A stretch of 64,000 nucleotides of DNA from Eutreptiella sp. 'Long Island Sound 2002' (taxonomy: Eukaryota; Protista; Euglenida), in NCBI GenBank assembly GCA_964036045.1, contig OZ038379.1, positions 20,584,001 through 20,648,000 on the forward strand, written 5' to 3'. The notes beneath the pieces were generated by a model. The model was not told where the DNA came from, did no database searches, and worked only from the letters and a program-made list of their open reading frames with translations. Position numbers and translations under genes: made by a program. Shown one piece after another: positions 34,851 through 47,332 of this stretch. The stretch's first letter is position 1. The number at the start of each line of letters is the position of its first letter.

Positions 34851-35874
34851 AGGCAGACTACCGAGGACACTGTACACTGACCAACCAACCTACCTCAGTC
34901 TGCATGCAGGGCCTGGGCAGGGAGAGAAATCAATGGCATCAAGAGGTGCCAGGACAATGCCCAGAGAACTGCCGAAGGCATGAACTGATTGCATGAAAAA
35001 CCACCCCCGCGGCGGGGCAATTGGCACACACACACACACCTACATTGGCACACACACACCTACAGTAAGTTTTACATGAAACAGGAAGCCCATGAGAGAC
35101 ATTATCATTCACCCTTTGCAAGAACATTGAAGATCATGCAAAAAAAATTGCTTCCCATAATGGGAACGGGCCCCACAAATGACTGTTCACATGTGGTAGT
35201 CTTGTAGCATCTTCCAAGGGTCAAAACCTCAAGGTTCCCCAGAAATTGGAGTTTAAGCTGTGGTGAATAAAGTGTCTCTCTTTGTCTCCTTTAGTCTCTT
35301 TTGTGTTTTTGGCTGTACTCGGAGGATCCCATTGGGACATGTGCTGAGGACACTATTCTATGCTGGTGACTGTGTTTTGGTGCACAAGGGGTGTGTAGGG
35401 CTGGTCTTCATCAAAGTAAAAGGTGCGAGCAATGGCTGGTCATGTTTTTGTGGTCAAAATGTATGGAGTAGACATTATTTGAATTGCCTTGGCCCCATCC
35501 CCAGGGTGCATTTATTGTCAAAGTATGCTAGGCAACCCCACCATGTAGTTGGTTTGGTGCCATGTGCATCACAGGCATCACCTCGAGTTCTCTCTCTGTG
35601 TACTATTGTCCGGGGCCTGAAGGTATTGTTGTGACAGTGCCCCTGACAGGCCAGCAGAATCTGTTGAGGAAATGGATGCTTCGGCATTTTGCCACCCAGA
35701 CCCCACATGTGGTTGGCACAGGGCTTTTTACATCGAAGCGACTGTTGTGGACTGTTGTGAGACCGCCCACGGGCGTTCAGGCCCAGGGTCAGTGCCCAAA
35801 TCATGGAGGCCATGGGACTTTGCAGCAAAACGGCCTTAGAAAGCCCCAGACTCCTTGCGTTTTTGCATTTGCAG

Positions 35875-36078
35875 GCGGCAATATGGGCAAACGTGGAGGG
35901 TGTCCACTTGCCTGAAGCAGAGACGCTCGCAGAACCTGCTCAACAACGGCTGCTTCAATTGTTCCTGCAAGGGAATGTTGCGAAGCGCGCCTGCACAGAA
36001 GATACCCGCCTCATTGGCCGTGCTGTGCACAGCATCCAATCCGCTCGGCTGTATTGGTCCACTGTCCATTATCTGCAG
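35875..36078 (+). CDS. thiE: ThiE/TenI-family protein, exon 3
   Basis: TTTGCAG acceptor, phase 0/0. Encodes EGVHLPE and LIGRAVHS. Confidence 0.8.
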
Positions 36079-36784
36079 GTCCCACAGCACATTCTTGGCT
36101 TGCACCCTGTGAGCAGCCATCTAAATGCTTGTCTGCAACTGTCAAGGCCAGTGGGGTGGCACTGCCCCGAAGCGCGTGCGTGTGCAGGGCATGGGGGAGT
36201 ATGCAGGTACTTAAGCCACACAGCGACAGGGTGCGGGCTGTTGGGAGCAGATTGTGTGCGTTCCTGAGTGTTGGGCCTGGGGTGTGAGTGAGGCGGTAGA
36301 ATCCACATGTATGGAGTCACACAATATGTGCCAGCTGTCCCTCCTGCTGCATGAGGTAGGCACACGAAGAAAACTCTTGCTTAATTCATAGGCCTGCATG
36401 GCAGTGTGAAGCATCGGATTCCCAGCAGTTTTTCCTTCGTCCCCTTGCCCTTCCGGGGTGGCAACATCAACGAAGAAGACAGCAACTGCCCACATTGCCC
36501 AACGAAGGCGTCCCGATTTCCTCGGATTCCTGCAAGCCATGCAAAAGAGGACGCACAGTTCAGCTCCTGATGCGTCCTGTTTGGATTCCATCAGAGGGAA
36601 TGCACTGCTGTCCTCCTGCGAGCCGGAACGGACGGTTCCAGGGATAAACTGTCACTCTACGCGGTGCCCAGGCAATGTCACCCTACCTCACCTCACCTCC
36701 TGCTAGTCATGCACATGTATAGTGAGGCCCCATCCATTGCCAGGGCGACGGAGCCACACCGTCGTTCTTGGCGCTCAACTTCAG

Positions 36785-37008
36785 GTTGGCACAATGTACC
36801 CCTCGCTATCGCACCCCGAAAAAACGGAGGTCGAAGGCCTTCAGCTGATGGAGGAGGTGCGGCAATCTTGTGCACAAGCCGCTCCACAACGGCCCGGCAC
36901 AGCGGTGTGCCACACGCGGCTGCCTTTATTGATCGGCGTTGGTGGAATCGACGCAACAAATGCCGGGCCAGTCATCGCTGCGGGCGCTGATGGGGTCGCT
37001 GTGATCAG
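36785..37008 (+). CDS. thiE: ThiE/TenI-family protein, exon 4
   Basis: CTTCAG acceptor. Encodes VGTMYPSLSHP and IGVGGIDATNAGPVIAAGADGVAVI. Phase-2 GT donor at 37009. Confidence 0.85.
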
Positions 37009-38133
37009 GTGCCATCCCCCAAGCTTTTTGCGGCAACGCCACTGTGTCGCCGGAGCCCCTTCTGTGTGCTTTACGACGGGTGGTTGGGGACCCGTGAACC
37101 CCGTCCGGTACGAACTGACACGAGCGATTACGAGAATGCAGGGGAGGCCGTGTGAAGGCAGGCGCGGCCGCAGCAAAGTGGCGGGGTCACACCTGACTTC
37201 TGCCCGCCCACCCCCTTCCGGGCGTCCAGGCTTTTCCCCCCGTTGGTGTTGAAAGGAAGGGTGCATTTTTTGGGGGTGGAGGGGAGTCGTTCGCCCCCAC
37301 GGGGTAACCCCGGCCTCCTAAGAGTTCCTTTACCCTTCCCTGACGCCTGGACCCGTTCCTAAGGGCTGGCGCGTTACTTTTACGGTACCCCACATACGCT
37401 CCTTACTGGGGGGCTCATCGCCGATGCTTTCTGTGTTCAACGGGCGACCTCCAGTCCCCGCCCCCGCCCACCCCCCGCCCGCCCTGTCACTGTCGAGTGT
37501 GAAGGCTCCGTCCGCTCTGCTTGTCTGCCAGTTAGACGTGTCACGCATGACGTCACAGAGCTGCTTGTTGTTGCACCGTGTGTACAGCCCGTCAGACAAT
37601 TGTGGACCCCCCTCCCCTCGGCGGGTTTGGCCTCAATTTTCGTTCTCGCAAGGGGCCTCCCCCCGTGGACCCCCTCCCCTACACCCCCTTTCCCCTCCCC
37701 CCTCCCCTCCAGGTCTGAAAACCCAGGGTTTGGGAACGTTTTTCACCGGACAAAATTTTCTCTTCGCCTTTGGCGCAGGTCTGCGGCACAGAGGTCTACG
37801 CCGCACAGGTTATCTTTAGTTTGATGGGGCAGAGCGCCCCAGGTGCCGTCGGGACGCCCCGCCCCCCCCAGGTCACTAAGCCATGCCTGCGCAGCACGGC
37901 TGTGTGGCTGTGAGCCATGCATTTTTCAGCATTCAACTCCCGCCGTCGCGACCTTCTGCGAGGCCGATGCCGCACTGCCACGACACTCGTTTTTTCACAT
38001 GCAGAAGGCCCGCGTGCCCATGTTGGGCTATGGTACAGTCTCTGGAGCATGCCGTGAAATCCTGCAGCTGTGAGCCTGTGTCCTGCCGTGGCCCGTAGTG
38101 CAGGGACATTCTTCAGGAATACTGATGTTTTAG

Positions 38134-38260
38134 GTCGATATCTGGTGCCAGATCACCGAGCGAAGCTGCAGAAGTTGCGAGAGCAATCAAGCGGTCCATG
38201 AGGGCAGCGTTTACAGCGAGAACGGCCTTGCAGATGAGTGAGGGAGCAGGATGCAGGTGA
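38134..38260 (+). CDS. thiE: ThiE/TenI-family protein, exon 5 (terminal)
   Basis: TACTGAT branch-like site and TTTTAG acceptor; phase 2 matches exon 4. Gives VAVIRSISGARSPSEAAEVARAIK, the expected last helix. TGA at 38258-38260. An alternative donor at 38257 cannot be excluded. Confidence 0.7.
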
Positions 38261-41200
38261 AGCGCCATTGCCAGTGACCGGTCTTTCAGTTGGTGGAGCA
38301 CAGTGTTCGGGTGCTTTGCGACGTTTGCTGCGGCTGCCAATCTCCTCATCATCAAGCCCGTCCCACAGGCGGACGAACTTGTTGGCGACGACATGCTCCA
38401 TGCGATTTCCCCTCCGTGACTTTGCTGGGCCTGCTGCATCCAGCCATCCGCAAACACACAGCAGCCCACAACTTCCCACCTCCATCCCCGGCGCATCCTG
38501 TGGGCTCTGGGCCCAATAGAGGAAGGGTGCTGGGTCCCGCCCTGGGGACTGTCAGCACCTCGGTCTGATGCGACATTGTGGTGCGTTAGCCCAGTTCTGT
38601 CGGGCAGGCGGCAGCCCAGTACGTCGGTTTCAGGACGCGGGAAGGACTCTTGCCCCAATCAGGCAGACCGCGACGCTGCTCTGCAAATCAATCGTGCGTC
38701 CTTCCTGTGGAGTGACCCTGTCCTATGCACTCACTCGTCCTTCTGATCTTATTCCTGTTGAAGCAATGCCATCCTGGAAGCACGAGCAACCAGCAGCATT
38801 GGGTTGTTGCAGGGATTTGACCTCAGCCGAGACGGCGTGTTGAGGTGAATTAGATTGGAGACAGTGTTCGGGATACAGCTACGCTGCAGGCGGTGCCCAG
38901 GAGGGTGCGTCCAGGGAAAGAGGTGGTGCTTTGAAATGGCCCACTATTGATACCCCGACATGTGACGAATGGAGCGCTTTCCGAATGCAGGTGCCCCCTC
39001 GTCCTTCTGCAAATGGCACGCCCAACTGTGAAAGTCTGCCCGCCCCAGCATGGCAACATCCGCCAGACAGGGCCCCACCGTGAGAGCCATCGCCGCTCCC
39101 CCATCCCCCGCTAAAGACGCCGACGACCCTCGTCCCCAGGCCCGCCGCAACCCGCCGCCGCGGACCCATGGCCAGTCAGAGCGCCAGTGGCAGCGCGTGG
39201 TGCGTGGTGTGCTCGTGGGGAATGAGATGCGTGTGGAGGAGGATGGGCAGGGTACGGGCGTACACATGAAGTTGTGTGGGTTGCGGCACAAGACGAGTCT
39301 GGCGGAATCGTGCAGGCGGTGCAAGGCCCCAGTGCTGCAGATTTCAGCCTTGGAATGTACGCCCATGGGCCCGGGCTCAAGCGGTGTCTGTGTGTATTCA
39401 GGTCCTATGAGCTGTATGCGCACGGAGGACATGCGACCGAGGGAGCAGGCGAAGCCCGCTGGCCTCAGCCCCGGGCCCGCCCCCTTGGCGGGCAAAGCGC
39501 ACGGGAGGAACCATCTGGCGGTGAATAAGTCTGCGTCAGTGGACACCCTCCCGTGCCCCCGCACGCAATCGGTGCTAGTGGGACAGGAGCCCCCACAGGG
39601 GATGGGGATACAGCAGTCCCCTGACGCGCCCTGAGCACAGACGGGGGGTACCACACGACGTGACATCCATAGCATCGGTCCGGGGGGCCCAAGGAGAGCA
39701 GTCTGCTGAAGATGTGTTACATGGACAAAAGTGCGGTGATCGGGTACCTGCTTGGAGGCGACTGTTCTGGGCACCAGCTGCCGAGCCTGGATCCACTGGG
39801 CATTGGTTCTGAGTGCATTCTGGGTGGGAGCCGTAGGAGATGCGACGGCGAGGTCGTGATGGGACCTGCGGAACTGCTGAGTTTCACTAATGCTGTGCCA
39901 TTCTTGGGCTTCCGAATGCTGAGCTGGTGCGTAACTGTTCCCAGGTGTTCCCAGCTGTTCCCAGGATCCGCCCCGTTTGTATGACGGGCGTCACAATGTT
40001 GGTCACGGCGTTTCTGGGAAGCAACCTAAGTGATACAACGCAATTTGAGCTGGTCAGCTCAAATGCAGGGGGTCATGGAATGGAGGCAATGGTGAGAAGG
40101 AATGGATGATGGACCGGGGCAGGACCCAGCACAGTCAACAACTGCCATGGTGTTGAGCAGTGGCCTGGAGCACTGCAACCGCCCCCGGTGTGCAGACATT
40201 GTCCAAACAATGCTTTCGAGGAAGTTATCACTGGCTTCTCAACATGAAATTGCAATCCATTGTTGGTTCTAGGGCGAGACAGAGGCAAAGCAGCAGCTAC
40301 ATGCAGACGTTTCAAAAGTTCCTCTGTGACTCCTCAGAATGATCGATATGGGAGGCTGAACACGGTCCAAGGCCTCTGCTTTCAGCCCAAATTTCAGGGT
40401 TTTGAAAGCTTCAGTGTTTCAGTGCGTTCGTGCAGACGTCTCAGAAGATACCATTGGGACCCTTCAAAATCATGACACAGAGACAAAATTAATGTGCATG
40501 GTGGTAGTCTGGGCGATAGGCAGAGAGATGGAGAGTGAGGAAACATCCACAAACCAATTCTGCACCTCATAGCAGCAGCCCAGCACAACCTCCTGCATGC
40601 ACAACCAATGCGTGTACGAAACAATCACTATAATCGGCCACAGCGCGGCCTTCATTCATGTTGTTTACACTCCAGTTTTGCATCAATGAGGCAGTGCTTC
40701 CGCAGGCATTTTGACGCCCATTACGGTTGTTGTGCTGCTAAGCCATATTTTGGCACCCCTCTGTCCTGAGTGGCTTCCCTGGGTCTACAAATAATGATCA
40801 CCCCAATTTCGCTTAGCTCGGTCCAACATAAAAACTGTCTGTCGCTGTTCCTCTCAGGGAGCGCCTGACGTGGTGCACAGGCGGTGTGGAAAGTACAGCG
40901 CGGTGGACGCCAGGCAGCCATGGGCCCCAACGGTCTGGGCAGTGCAACCTTGAAGCTCTTGTTCAGTGTACTATTCACTACCAGAGCCAACGGGGGTTCC
41001 AAATGGAGTGTCCCATGTTTCTCATCTTCGAGAACGCTGAGTGAGTCCTCTCTGCTTTGGAGTGTTTTGCCGGTTGTGCCTGTTGGTGGGGAGCGTCTCA
41101 CGCTTGAGGGAAACGGGGTGAGTTCCCGGTGAAATAGTCTCAGAAGGCTCGCATGGTGCGCGCGCGGTGCAGGTATCCCTCTCCCCCGGCTGCCGCAGAC

Positions 41201-41468
41201 GTGTTGGCCACGTGCAGTCTGCACAACGTCGGAAAGCCCTCCTCGGGGTTGCACCTGCCATAGCGCCTCGGGGCTACTTCAGTGCGTGTTGCGTCGCGGT
41301 CAGTCGTGTTCCGTTGCGTCACCGGTGCAGTGCAGTCTGCGATGTGGTCCGGCATGGCGCGGTGCCCTGCGGCGCGGTGCGGTGGCCTTCGGTGTTGTTG
41401 TGTGTGCGGTTTCAAGCCCTGCGCACTCCGCCCCCGTCCCGTCGTCCTCAGAAAGGCTTCAGGCCTGG

Positions 41469-42164
41469 ATGGTGCTCCCGCCGCTCCGGCGGCTCCTCGG
41501 CCCTTGCCGTCGGTACATCGCGCCGGTGGCCGCGGGGTGGGGCCTCCTCATGATGGCCACCATCTTCGCCATCGCCGCCGTCGCCAGCCCCGACTGCCGC
41601 TGCAATTGGCTGGAGGACTGGCACACGTTCCCGCTCCTCAGCGAGGCCGCCATGTACCCGCCCCAGCGCCTGTGGTTCATGGCCATGGTCCCCCCCACCG
41701 CCGTCCTCATCTACATCACCGGAGCCCTGTTCGTGGACGCCGTGCGCCGGCAGATGCCCGACGAACGCATCGTGATCCGCCTGCTGCACTGGACCCTGGG
41801 CATCGCCTGCTTCCACCTCTTCTGGCTCGGCGTCCTCGACATGAAGCGCTTCTTCATGCCCCACGTGGTCGTCGCCTACACGTACTTCCTCGTCGCCGAG
41901 GGCCACTTCATCCTCCAGACCTACGCCCTCGTGCGCCTGTTCGCGCGCGCGGACCCCGCGCTCGTCACCCCCCGGCACTGGTACCCCGTGTACATGAACT
42001 TCTGTGGCTTCTTCTGCGGGGGGCTGTTCTGGTACTTCTACAGCATCGAGATCCCGGAGCGGGCGCAGGTGGAGACGCTCACGATCGCGTTCCAGATGTT
42101 GTCGGTCGGATTCCTGGGGCCCATCATCAATCAGGACCTGGTGCCCAGGAAGAAGGAGGCGTAG
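41469..42164 (+). CDS. Intronless six-TM membrane protein, Frag1/DRAM/Sfk1 (TMEM150-like) family, 231 aa
   Basis: Almost all codons end in G/C. About six hydrophobic helices. FPLLSEAAMYPPQRLWF matches the P-x-I-S...P-P-x-x-x-x-F loop after TM1, with H in TM4 and E before TM6. Pyrimidine tract with CAG acceptors at 41451 and 41462. Confidence 0.8.
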   Translation: MVLPPLRRLLGPCRRYIAPVAAGWGLLMMATIFAIAAVASPDCRCNWLEDWHTFPLLSEAAMYPPQRLWFMAMVPPTAVLIYITGALFVDAVRRQMPDERIVIRLLHWTLGIACFHLFWLGVLDMKRFFMPHVVVAYTYFLVAEGHFILQTYALVRLFARADPALVTPRHWYPVYMNFCGFFCGGLFWYFYSIEIPERAQVETLTIAFQMLSVGFLGPIINQDLVPRKKEA

Positions 42165-43262
42165 CCGCCGCTGCTCGGGAGCCGTGAAGACAAGCCCGCG
42201 ACCGTCCGCGACGCCGCTGCGGACGTGCTGCGCGTCGGGGCACACCCCCGCCACCGTGTGTGTGTGGCAAGCCATTACGTCAATGCAAACCGCCCCCTGA
42301 GACCTTCCACCGCCGGCAGAGGAGTGGACGCCCTTGGGGGGTAGTAGCTGCAATCGTTTGCAGTGGGACAGATGTTCCACTCTCACCCACAAAACTGCAT
42401 GCCCCGCTCCCCTCTTTCACCCCCGCCCCTCCGGCCCCCACTCCCTCCCACACATGACCTCGACCTACAAGCAGGTCATGCAAACGGCATGGCACTTCAG
42501 AGTGGGCCAGCGGGGGCCAGTGGTCGCACACACACATACAGAAGCAGTCTCATTTTTGACACGGATACACGCCTGACCAGATCGAGTCCCAGAGCGCAAA
42601 GGGGAGCAGTAGCAAACAGCCGGCGGGAGAGGGAGAGGGCAGGGGGCGAGCAGACACGGGGATGGCGCTGGTGAAGAGCTCAGCAGGATTCTGATTGGAC
42701 AGTGGGTGGCGAAGGCCCTTGGGGGCCGGTGCGGCTGGAACTGGATGCGAACATTGCAGCATTACCCCAAATCAATGCGATTGGACGTCAGGGGACCGTC
42801 AGACGCGGGAGGGGTTACCCTCCGTGCCCGTCGAGACTCAGCATCCCCTACGGACCTGTCTGTCCCGCTTTGACGGAAGGGTATCTATGGTCGTCCATGG
42901 CTTCCAACCAGGGGTGGAGGGGCAGAGGGGGGAGGCTGAAGGTAATCACTCCAGCAGGGGTCATCCCCCGTTGCAGCAACGAATCGCGACATCTGCTGCA
43001 CGTCTGTCTCTGTGCCGCCCTACAACACCCTCATCGGGCACCCCACGCAGCAAGATCCACAAATCAAAAACAGAGGAGCACCCGTCTCCAGTGCTCTTGC
43101 ACAGAAATGCGCACGGTGTCACAAGTGGACGAAGTGACTTGACATATATTGCAGCCTCGTGCAGGCGCTGAGAGTAGGGGGGGGGCGATTTCGTAAGGGG
43201 ACAATTTCCTGGGGAAATTTTCTTTTTTTTCAGTTTGGTGCGGAAATTTCGGAATGAAAAGT

Positions 43263-43960
43263 TTAGTGCAGGTCTGAACCTTGAACCTGAAGAAGGGCGG
43301 TCGGGGGGGGTCCTAGCGGACAGTGGTGATGGGTGCAGCGTAGGTCCGACCTAAGTGGACCCATGCCCCAAATGGGGCACCTCGCCCTTCCCATTGTCTA
43401 CGTGCACCTGCTTACGATACTCTCTGTTGGGTCAGCTTTAACCGCCGCGGGGAGGGTGGGTGGTTGGGTGTGGGGTTTGGTGGACGTCTGCTTGCCCTGC
43501 AGCAGAAAGGGGGTGGGGCGTCTCCAGTCACACCATGTCCGCATTATTGTGGCTGGACTCCCCCTCCGTGACGGGAGGGGGGTTTGGCATAGTTGTGGGG
43601 GCTTTCTTGTGCTACACTTGCGCACCCAGGGTTAGTATGGCTCCCAGGGCGCAGGGGCGTGAGGTTATATATCGGAGGCCGTGCTGCCACCCTGACCCCT
43701 GACCTGTACGCACCCATACGAAGCCTTTTGGAGATGCAGCGTCCAGTGGAGGGTGTTTTCCTGGGCGAGGAAGGATGCACTGCTAAGGTGATGAACAAAT
43801 GAAACCACTAACTGGTTCCAAAGATGTCTGGTCTGTTTGCGGCTTCCCAGCGGTCTCACTGGGATACAGAACATGGAGATGGCAACCGAACATTTGCGAG
43901 TGATTGGCTGATCTTCGCTCCTAATTTAATTGCACACTGTTGCTTTGTGCCACAGACAGA
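43263..43960. repeat. ~700-bp repeat, copy 1 (direct copy at 46113-46849)
   Basis: Near-identical from TTAGTGCAGGTCTGAACC to GTGCCACAGACAGA, except for one unrelated internal block. Confidence 0.9.
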
Positions 43961-44255
43961 AAGGGCCGCTGCATCGCAGGCTCGTGCGCCTCGATGCACA
44001 GTTCCGTTGCTATACTGCCGGCCTCTGTGCCCCAGTGCACAGGGTCATCCTTGAACTGCTGGCCCTGGTGCAGGGTGCTGGTGGGCAAGGGCACCCTTCT
44101 GTGTGTTTGTGTGTGTGTATGTGTGTGTGCATGTGTCCAAGGCTGCACATTGCCATCTCTATCAGCAGACCGAAAGACGTCTAGGGCTGTTCTGCGCCCC
44201 CTGAGGCGTTTTCTTGCACCGCCTTTCTGGCTTTCTTCTGGTTTCGCGGTTCCCA

Positions 44256-44256
<1 letters not shown>

Positions 44257-44338
<82 letters not shown>
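44257..44338. repeat. (TG)41 microsatellite
   Basis: Direct count. Confidence 0.95.
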
Positions 44339-44339
<1 letters not shown>

Positions 44340-46112
44340 CACCAGGCGGCCGATGTACCAGGCCCGAAGGTATTGATCAACGGCCACCTGGCACTAATTC
44401 CTCTCCTAATCCCCTTCCAAGATGGGACAGAGGCCCGACCAAATGACCCCCTGCCCCTCCAAGGCAATAAGGTGAGGGATCGCCTGCTGAAGGACATTGC
44501 TACAATGGCGTCCCACATATCCGCTACCCTCCCGCCCCTGCATTGCCTCCCGCCCCCTCCCCTGTGGCCCGAAACCGGAACCACGCTCCACTAACTCTCC
44601 ATTTACGCTGCACGTATCACAAAGCACTTCTACGTGCGAATTGTGGACAAGGGGGTGGGAGTCCTCTGGGCGTTCTGCCGCCACTGGGTTTGGGGAGTGC
44701 TGGACTTCAGGGGCACGTCCAACTCCTGGTGTGCCGCTCCGCTCTGTCACCATGCAATGCTGCCACATAGTAATGCTTACCGACAGTGGCGACCCTGTGT
44801 GTGTGTGTGTGTGTGTGTGAGCCAGCGGTTGCGCTGGACTCCTGTCCTGTTGCTTTCCTCTTGTACCTGTTTGAATGACAACCCCCCCCCCCCCGCCCGG
44901 GATTAGCGCGCGAAGCATCTACAGGGTTCCATGGGCATGAAAGGACGGCTGCGACGTCCAGTGTCATTCTCTTCCCCTCCCAGGTCAATGATACACGAAC
45001 AGGGTGCTAGATACTTTGCTTGTGACTCCTCACGGATGATTCCGAACGTTCCCGTGTCCTGTTTCCCGTATCACTGCAGAAAGGTGCCTAGCCTTATGAC
45101 TTCATGACAGCTTCAATGCTTTGCCCTGCTTTGTGCTGTTTTGATTGCTCACTGGCCTGACGAGGTGTTCTAGGTGCCATCCGATCCGCAATGCTCGTGC
45201 TAAGCAACAGTGGTCTTATCGTTTGGTTCCTGCACAAGTGTGTGTGTGTGTGTGTGTGTTTCTGAGCGTCTATTTTTTTCGAAAGGCGCCTAGTGCGGTC
45301 AAACAATGCCTCTGCTTTTGTGACTGTGCCTGACGAGAATCAGTGCAAGCCGGCCTCCTTGATTGCTGCCTGCTGTCTTGGCTGTTGCCCGTTTGTTATG
45401 TCAATCGTGTGTGTGTGTGTGTGTGCGTGTGTGCGTGTGTGCGTGCGTGCCGAAATTTGGCTATTTTGGGCCCCCGAATCACACGAAGTTGAACACTGTA
45501 CCCGCAATGGTGGTTCGGACTGGGCCGTTGGATAATCGGAGGAACCCATGGCTGAGTGGATTTACAGTTCATAGTTGAGTCATTGTCATAATTCCTTCGA
45601 TATAATCTGGCGTTTGGGATTTTCGGAATTATACACCAATCTACGAACCGTGCGCAGACACTTCCGTGGACGCGCCAAGTTTTGGGGTATTCATGGAAGA
45701 CGGCCCTGGCCATCACACCCAGCTCAAGAAGCCGTTCAAGTGCTTCTTGCACAGAGAGAGAGCAATGAATCAATGTCCGAAACGATTGGTAAATGATGCC
45801 ATGGCGCATGACCGCCCTTGTCAGACTCGAATGTCAAGTGCAAAATGCATATCTGTCTTACGATCCTCCTGAGGGGACTGCAGCTGATGGATGTGTGACT
45901 GTGACCCCCCCCCCCCGCCCCTCTTGCCTCCCTGCGGCATGCGGCACAAAGTGCCACAAAGTGCCAAAATATGCCAATGTGCTAATGCCCATCCCCAAGT
46001 CCACACAAAGCGTACCGTGTGTGAGAACAGCACCCTACCCTGTGTGCCATTTAATCTACAGTCTGATCGATGATGCGTGAACCCGGCACACTTTTCGGAA
46101 TGGGGCCTTGTC

Positions 46113-46849
46113 TTAGTGCAGGTCTGAACCTTGAACCTGAAGAAGGGCGGTCGGGGGGGGTCCTAGCGGACAGTGGTGATGGGTGCAGCGTAGGTCCGAC
46201 CTAAGTGGACCCATGCCCCAAATGGGGCACCTCGCCCTTCCCATTGTCTACGTGCACCTGCTTACGATACTCTCTGTTGGGTCAGCTTTAACCGCCGCGG
46301 GGAGGGTGGGTGGTTGGGTGTGGGGTTTGGTGGACGTCTGCTTGCCCTGCAGCAGAAAGGGGGTGGGGCGTCTCCAGTCACAGTGTCTCGACAGCACCGT
46401 GGCTATGTGGAACCAGTCCTCTGGTGTGAATGTGTTGGTGGAGTTACCCTTCGGTAGGAGAGAGGCGTTGGACATAGTGGGCCGCGGGGCTTTCTTGTGC
46501 TACACTTGCGCACCCAGGGTTAGTATGGCTCCCAGGGCGCAGGAGCGTGAGGTTATATATCGGAGGCCGTGCTGCCACCCTGACCCCTGACCTGTACGCA
46601 CCCATACGAAGCCTTTTGGAGATGCAGCGTCCAGTGGAGGGTGTTTTCCTGGGCGAGGAAGGATGCACTGCTAAGGTGATGAACAAATGAAACCACTAAC
46701 TGGTTCCAAAGATGTCTGGTCTGCTTTGCAGCTTCCCAGCGGTCTCACTGGGATACAGAACATGGAGATGGCAACCGAACATTTGCGAGTGATTGGCTGA
46801 TCTTCGCTCCTAATTTAATTGCACACTGTTGCTTTGTGCCACAGACAGA
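46113..46849. repeat. ~740-bp repeat, copy 2 of 43263-43960
   Basis: Direct alignment by eye. Confidence 0.9.
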
Positions 46850-46932
46850 TTGGGACGTCTCAAGCTGTCTCAGTAGGTCTACAGTACTTACATAAGTCTC
46901 TGAGTTTTCGTCTATTGCACAGATGGGCTTGT

Positions 46933-47332
46933 CGGGCTTGCAAGTGGAGGGGGGGCGGGTCAATAGAGCCCCCAAAATCTGGGGGAGGGGGGTTGGGAAA
47001 AGGGTTCAATTGACAGGCACCATTCATCAGTTAATATGATCTCCGGCGCCAAAGGCGCGGAAAATCACCTTGATTTTTTTTGAGCCTTAAAATTTGTCTT
47101 TTTTTTTCCACCAAATGTATGGCAAATGATGACTTGCCTGAACCCCCTCGACGCGCTGATTCCAAAAATCCCATTTTCATTTTTTGCCGATTTTTGGGTC
47201 TGGGTCACCTCCGAGGCCTGGGGGTCAGTCTCGGTAGGATTTTGGTGGTCCTGTCAATTGAGCCCTTTTTGGGGGAGGGGGGGGTCTAGCCAGCAGGCTC
47301 TATCGACCCTCCCCCCTCCAATTGCAAGCCCG
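46933..47332. mobile_element. MITE with ~38-bp TIRs and a second internal inverted pair
   Basis: CGGGCTTGCAAGTGGAGGGGGGGCGGGTCAATAGAGCC is inverted as GGCTCTATCGACCCTCCCCCCTCCAATTGCAAGCCCG. Inner pair AAAAGGGTTCAATTGACAGG (46998) / CCTGTCAATTGAGCCCTTTT (47250). No clear TSD. Confidence 0.7.

Noticed and set aside
39800-39865. Alternative ThiE last exon (SAFWVGAVGDATARS*)
   Set aside because: Poor GAG acceptor. The exon at 38134 has a branch site, a TTTTAG acceptor and a better ThiE C-terminal helix.
41448-42392. 314-aa minus-strand ORF and the 301-aa plus-strand alternative frame at 41282-42187
   Set aside because: Shadow frames of the high-GC3 membrane-protein CDS.
43263-46849. LTR retrotransposon or TRIM bounded by two LTRs
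   Set aside because: No TSD, no clear TG...CA ends, no PBS or PPT, no coding interior, and weak homology continues upstream of both copies.
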